From NCBI GenBank assembly GCA_951406725.2, contig OX597828.1, forward strand, positions 72,788,001 through 72,852,000: 64,000 bases of DNA, written 5' to 3'. This document shows, piece by piece, positions 59,027 to 64,000 of this stretch. Below the pieces are notes generated by a model that was given only the letters and a program-made list of their open reading frames with translations, did no database searches and was not told the origin of the DNA. Origin of the DNA: Octopus vulgaris. Taxonomy: Eukaryota. The translations under genes and the position numbers were made by a program. Numbering within the stretch: the stretch's first letter is position 1; the number at the start of each line of letters is the position of its first letter.

Positions 59027-59140
59027 ATTTTTCATTTGCTGCCGACTGAATCTGCGCGTGCGCGGTGAATTTGAAAAGTTATGACATATGATGATGAGAC
59101 ACGTATTATTTGTCTCTAAATTATAAGTTAATGTTATGGC

Positions 59141-59214
59141 GCGGTCACTGATGAGAATTTCGCCTAGCAAATTATTTTATTTGCTAAAAAAATTCGAAGC
59201 CTAGGAATAACCGT
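59141..59214 (+). ncRNA. Decayed hammerhead ribozyme motif with extended stem II
   Basis: GCGGTCA-CTGATGA-GAATTT..TAGCAAAT(TATTTT)ATTTGCTA..AAATTC-GAAG-CCTAGG-AA-TAACCGT. All three stems are recognisable, but the core has GAAA>GAAG and UH>AA. Confidence 0.55.
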
Positions 59215-59357
59215 AAAAAAAAATAACAAGGTAAAAGTTTCAATTTTTCATTCCTTTCGAAATTGCTTTTAAATGTGGTTTTGATCGTTTTGACTGCTTC
59301 TTCTAGCGTGTAAAATTACCAGGTAAAGGTAGTTTCTCTTGTGTTTAAACGTACACC

Positions 59358-59435
<78 letters not shown>

Positions 59436-59623
59436 TTTATCAATATCTTAGTCTTTATAGTGATACTCTCTGTGTATCACGTATACTTATTATTAATGTT
59501 GTAATGTATATTTTAAAAGACTGCTCTTATGACAACTTCCATTTTCATTGTTAAGACGTAACCTGACAACGTTATACAGAATATATTTTGTGCCGTTTGC
59601 ATGATTTATCATATGTATGTGTG

Positions 59624-60268
<645 letters not shown>

Positions 60269-60873
60269 CTATACACATACGCGCGTACACACGCACACGC
60301 ATATGTTTGTATATAAGTATATAGACAGAGAGACACAGAGAGAAAGAGATGAATTGGGGACACCGGTGTTAGCGTGTGGGTAAGTAGTTAGATTTGCATC
60401 GACGTGGTTTCGTGTTCACTTTCGTCACAAGGCGCTTGAAGAGAGTGTCACCTGCCGCTAACTTTTCCATCGGTGTGACTGATGTCTGTTGACCAAATTG
60501 AACTTGCCGAAATGTGACCATGCTGAGGAACAGTCGACTAAAGTGGCGTGAAGTGGAATTGAAACCCTCTTACCGCACTAAATGCGAAGTGACCTTCTAA
60601 ATCATATAACTACACCTGCATTTCTGTGACTTTAAAGGTATCGGGTCTCACAAAAGTCAAACGAATTTACTATTTTGAATTGATCCATAAGGAAATATCA
60701 GTAAAAGGTCGATACTTGCACTGTGTGTAGCAGGTTCTGAAATGATTTACATATTCGTTCTTAATACGTTTTGCAAGATCCGAAAGAAAATATGTTAATC
60801 TCTGTTGTGTACAATTTCTTCATTTTACGGCGACGATGTGTTCTTAATACATCCGGTTTATTGGTGCAATGAA

Positions 60874-60916
60874 TTCTGGAACACCAGTGTTTCTGCATGT
60901 GGCTCGTCAGTCAGAA
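60874..60916 (-). ncRNA. Hammerhead ribozyme-like motif, slightly decayed
   Basis: Minus strand reads TTCTGA-CTGACGA-GC(CACAT)GC A-GAAA-CAC(TG)GTG-TT-CCAGAA: core intact, stem I TTCTG/CAGAA, weak stem II, GUU triplet. Confidence 0.55.
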
Positions 60917-61232
60917 AACCAGGACCTTTGAAACTAAACAAGTCTCTGGCTTTGTTTATAATTTCAGCGAACAAAACTGTTTGCTCATCTATGCTGATAT
61001 CTGCTAACCAATAAAGAAAATCGCTATTTATATTGTGTACAAACGAGATTCGCACATTTATGTTTAATGCATTCTGTTGTCTATTTTTGCTTGTTGCATT
61101 TTCGCAGATAATTTTTATTCAGAGCCATAATTACGTTCTCTCTCTGTCTGTCTGTCTGTCTCTCTCTCTGTCTCTCTGTCTCTCTCACTCTCTCGCTCTC
61201 TCTCACTCTCTCTCTCTTGTTTTTAATTTCAG

Positions 61233-61550
61233 GATGAAAATAACTCGAATTTCTCGCCGGATATAACACCGATTGTCTTAGCAGCACAGTGCAATAACTT
61301 TGATATTGTGCACATGTTGCTTCGCAAAGGTTTCTCCATTGACATGCCGCACCATTATTTCTGCCTCTGCACCGAGTGTGACAATCACAAGAGATTCGAC
61401 CGCTTTGTTCACTCACGCTCACGTCTGAATGCCTACCGAGGTTTGGCCAGCACCGCTTACATGGCACTCTCCAGCGACGACCCGGTTCTAACTGCTTTCG
61501 AACTGAGCGAACAATTAAAGGGTTTAGAAGAGAAGGAAAAGGAGCATAAG
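61233..61550 (+). CDS. TRPC-family channel exon: last ankyrin repeat plus TRP_2 zinc-binding domain
   Basis: Acceptor TTTTAATTTCAG|GAT after a long CT tract, donor AAG|GTAAGG; 318 bp, phase 0/0. Translates DENNSNFSPDITPIVLAAQCNNFDIVHMLLRKG...PHHYFCLCTEC...HSRSRLNAYRGLAS...DPVLTAFELS...EKEHK, which is diagnostic of TRPC. Confidence 0.95.
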
Positions 61551-63217
61551 GTAAGGTGGTGACGTTGTCAGTGATAAATACATCTACGGAATCTTGAATT
61601 GAATTCAAGCAGTACGAAGAGTTAAAGGGTTTAGAAATGGAATGAGTATGAGATTGGTGTCTTCAGCATGAAATATATTAATTGAAGCCTTATATTGAAT
61701 TTGTGAAGGCATGGATCAAGTGGTTAGGGCGTCGTGATCGGGATTTCTATTCGTAGGTGGGAGGTATGTGGTGCTCTTGAGTAAAACACTTCATTTCACT
61801 TTGTTCCCGTTCATTCCGCTGTAAATGGTTCACTCCGCGACAGACTGGAGGTCCCATTCAGACGGAATCGCTGTCCTGCCCATCCAGCCTGCCAGGTGTC
61901 ATCATTAGAAGGCTAAACGAAGCGAGAAAACGCATTGCGACAAGCGGGCTATATCCATATTCGATAGTTCGATCCATACAGCGGTATTGCATTGAACCAG
62001 TGTATTCAAGAATAATTAAGATTTGAAAAGAGCATGAATTAGGTTGATTTTTATAATTCCTTCTAACTTTCGCAGACGATTAGCAATTTTAAGGGGGAGA
62101 GTTCCTCGATTACATCGAACTCAGTGCTCAACTGGTGCGTATTTCATTGACCCTGAAAGGATGAAAGGCAAAGTCAATTTCGGTGGAATTTGAACTCAGA
62201 TTCTGCCAGCTCACCGCCTTAGGGTGGTTTTAATCATAGTGTTGCTTACTGGTGTCTCTTGTAAAATTTAACTAATATATCTATTTCAATTAAATGATTT
62301 AATATCACGTGATATCTCTTCTTCATTATATTACCATTTTCTTAAATATATGAAGTAACTTCAAAAACATGATTTTGTTTAACCAGAAAAACATTATAAT
62401 AAAAATTTGTTTCTCAGACCAGAATAACAGGCGACTGCATTCCCTGTGTGCGGATCAGCGAGGTTAAACGGTAAAAGGAAGACAAAAATGTTTGATTTTC
62501 ATCCAAAACAATCGAATTCTTTACTTGCATCCTGGCTCTTTGTCACGAAAAATACAACGGACATTTATTTTAGAGAAATTGATAATGCTATCCTTGATCC
62601 AAAATAGAGACACCTTAGAAAATGTTCTACGGGTTTAGAAATACTTAGTATATTCCAACTTATATAAGCAAATTTATCAGTAACAACCCGGTCAAAAGCT
62701 GTACTACGTTAATTAAAACTAAATAAGCGTAATAAGCCTAAGATTGTATATAATTGAATAATATTTGTCTATTTTTGAATATCAAAATACTAATTGCCTC
62801 ATTAGTCTAAAGAAAACAATATTTGTCATTGTGTTCGATTATAGCGAATTTCTCCAAGACACGCAATTCCTCATTTCAAAAGTGCGAGATAATATTGGAA
62901 TGATACAAACAAATGAGTTAATTGTAGATGGTTAATGTTATCAAAAACTGTTGAAGACAATAAAATTATATTTATTACAAACATTAAGATTTCCTTTTAT
63001 TCGAAAAAGTATAAAAGTATATAAAAAAAACAGGACATTCTATATTGAGAGATTAATATTTAAGGAGTTAATATATTGTTATTGAATTGAGAATAAAGAA
63101 CTTTTATTTGCCTTTTTACAATAATTATTTTGGAAATATTTTCTCTCGCCTCATAAACATTGAACTGATTGTTTTTTGATGAAGTTCCAGTCGCTGAATT
63201 CCATTTCTTTATTTCAG
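61551..63217 (+). other. GT-AG intron (1,667 bp) of the TRPC gene
   Basis: GTAAGG...TTTCAG; the join reads EKEHK|SEYKSL in frame. Confidence 0.92.
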
Positions 63218-63376
63218 AGTGAGTACAAATCTTTGTGTGATCACTGCAAGAATTATGCTGTCGAATTACTGGAGCTTTGTCGTACAAATGAGGAAGTGAT
63301 GGCAGCTTTACATGGAGGGTCAGATATTCATGATTTGTCCAGAGTTCGTATGGCGATTAAATATGAACAGAAAAAG
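63218..63376 (+). CDS. TRPC-family channel exon: helical linker domain
   Basis: Acceptor TTTCTTTATTTCAG|AGT, donor AAG|GTAAGA; 159 bp, phase 0/0. Translates SEYKSLCDHCKNYAVELLELCRTNEEVMAALHG...LSRVRMAIKYEQKK, matching the TRPC linker that ends AIKYExKK. Confidence 0.93.
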
Positions 63377-63688
63377 GTAAGATTTAAAAGAAAAATGTTT
63401 TGGAGCTGCAACACTATGAAACTAGTCGTCCAAAATTGTCGTTCTATTATTATGAAAGAGTGTAAAATTGAAACATAGATTAACCGTAATAGGCAGAGAG
63501 TATACAAGAGTAACAAGAGTTGTATAGGAGTCGTATTTGTTGAAGAAGACCATGAATCTGAGTCTGTATGCTCAGAAAGATTTCTTTTGAGTGAGGCTGT
63601 TTGTTACCAAGCTTGCAACAAAAGAAAGGCCACCAAAGTTGACAGGTGGAGCATGAAATCACTGCCACCGTAGACATCGTCAGAATAC

Positions 63689-63722
<34 letters not shown>

Positions 63723-64000
63723 TAATAATGATAATAATAATATTATTACAAGCTATCATCGTCTTTTACAATTCCACCACTTCATCGCCGTTAAGTCTTT
63801 GTATTTTCTTTTGACCCAGAAATATTAAAAGTAAACTTAACCTCAGTCTGTTTGGAATTCAGAACTGCAGAATCATTCTCCATTTATGCTAGATCTATTT
63901 TGCTCAAAACACCTAATATTATAGAATAAATAAAAATACGTTGCGTTTGTTGATGCAGGGCTCTATTTTCACTTTTCAATAAACACAAGTATGTTGATGA

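Overview
AT-rich, microsatellite- and retroposon-dense animal genomic DNA. The SINE families and repeat load look like Octopus or another coleoid cephalopod (inferred, not proven). The only host gene I can support is the 5' part of a + strand TRPC-family cation channel, most like TRPC3/6/7. Its coding exons are 9115-10251, 61233-61550 and 63218-63376, all with phase-0 GT-AG junctions, and the first coding intron is about 51 kb; the gene continues past the window end. The rest is tRNA-derived SINEs, two non-autonomous Helitrons, relics of Penelope-like, RTE, HERO-like and R4/Dong-like retroelements, and very large (TA)n/(TATG)n arrays that produce most of the spurious ORFs. The main unexplained signal is a dispersed set of sequence-diverse minimal type-I hammerhead ribozyme motifs. 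Some are near-intact (6728-6767 +, 18714-18762 -, 60874-60916 -) and several are decayed. They often sit in palindromic cassettes between microsatellites, and inside the intron the core-intact copies are antisense. Long inverted repeats and a fold-back/template-switch duplication are also present. All folds and alignments were done by eye, and repeat boundaries are approximate.
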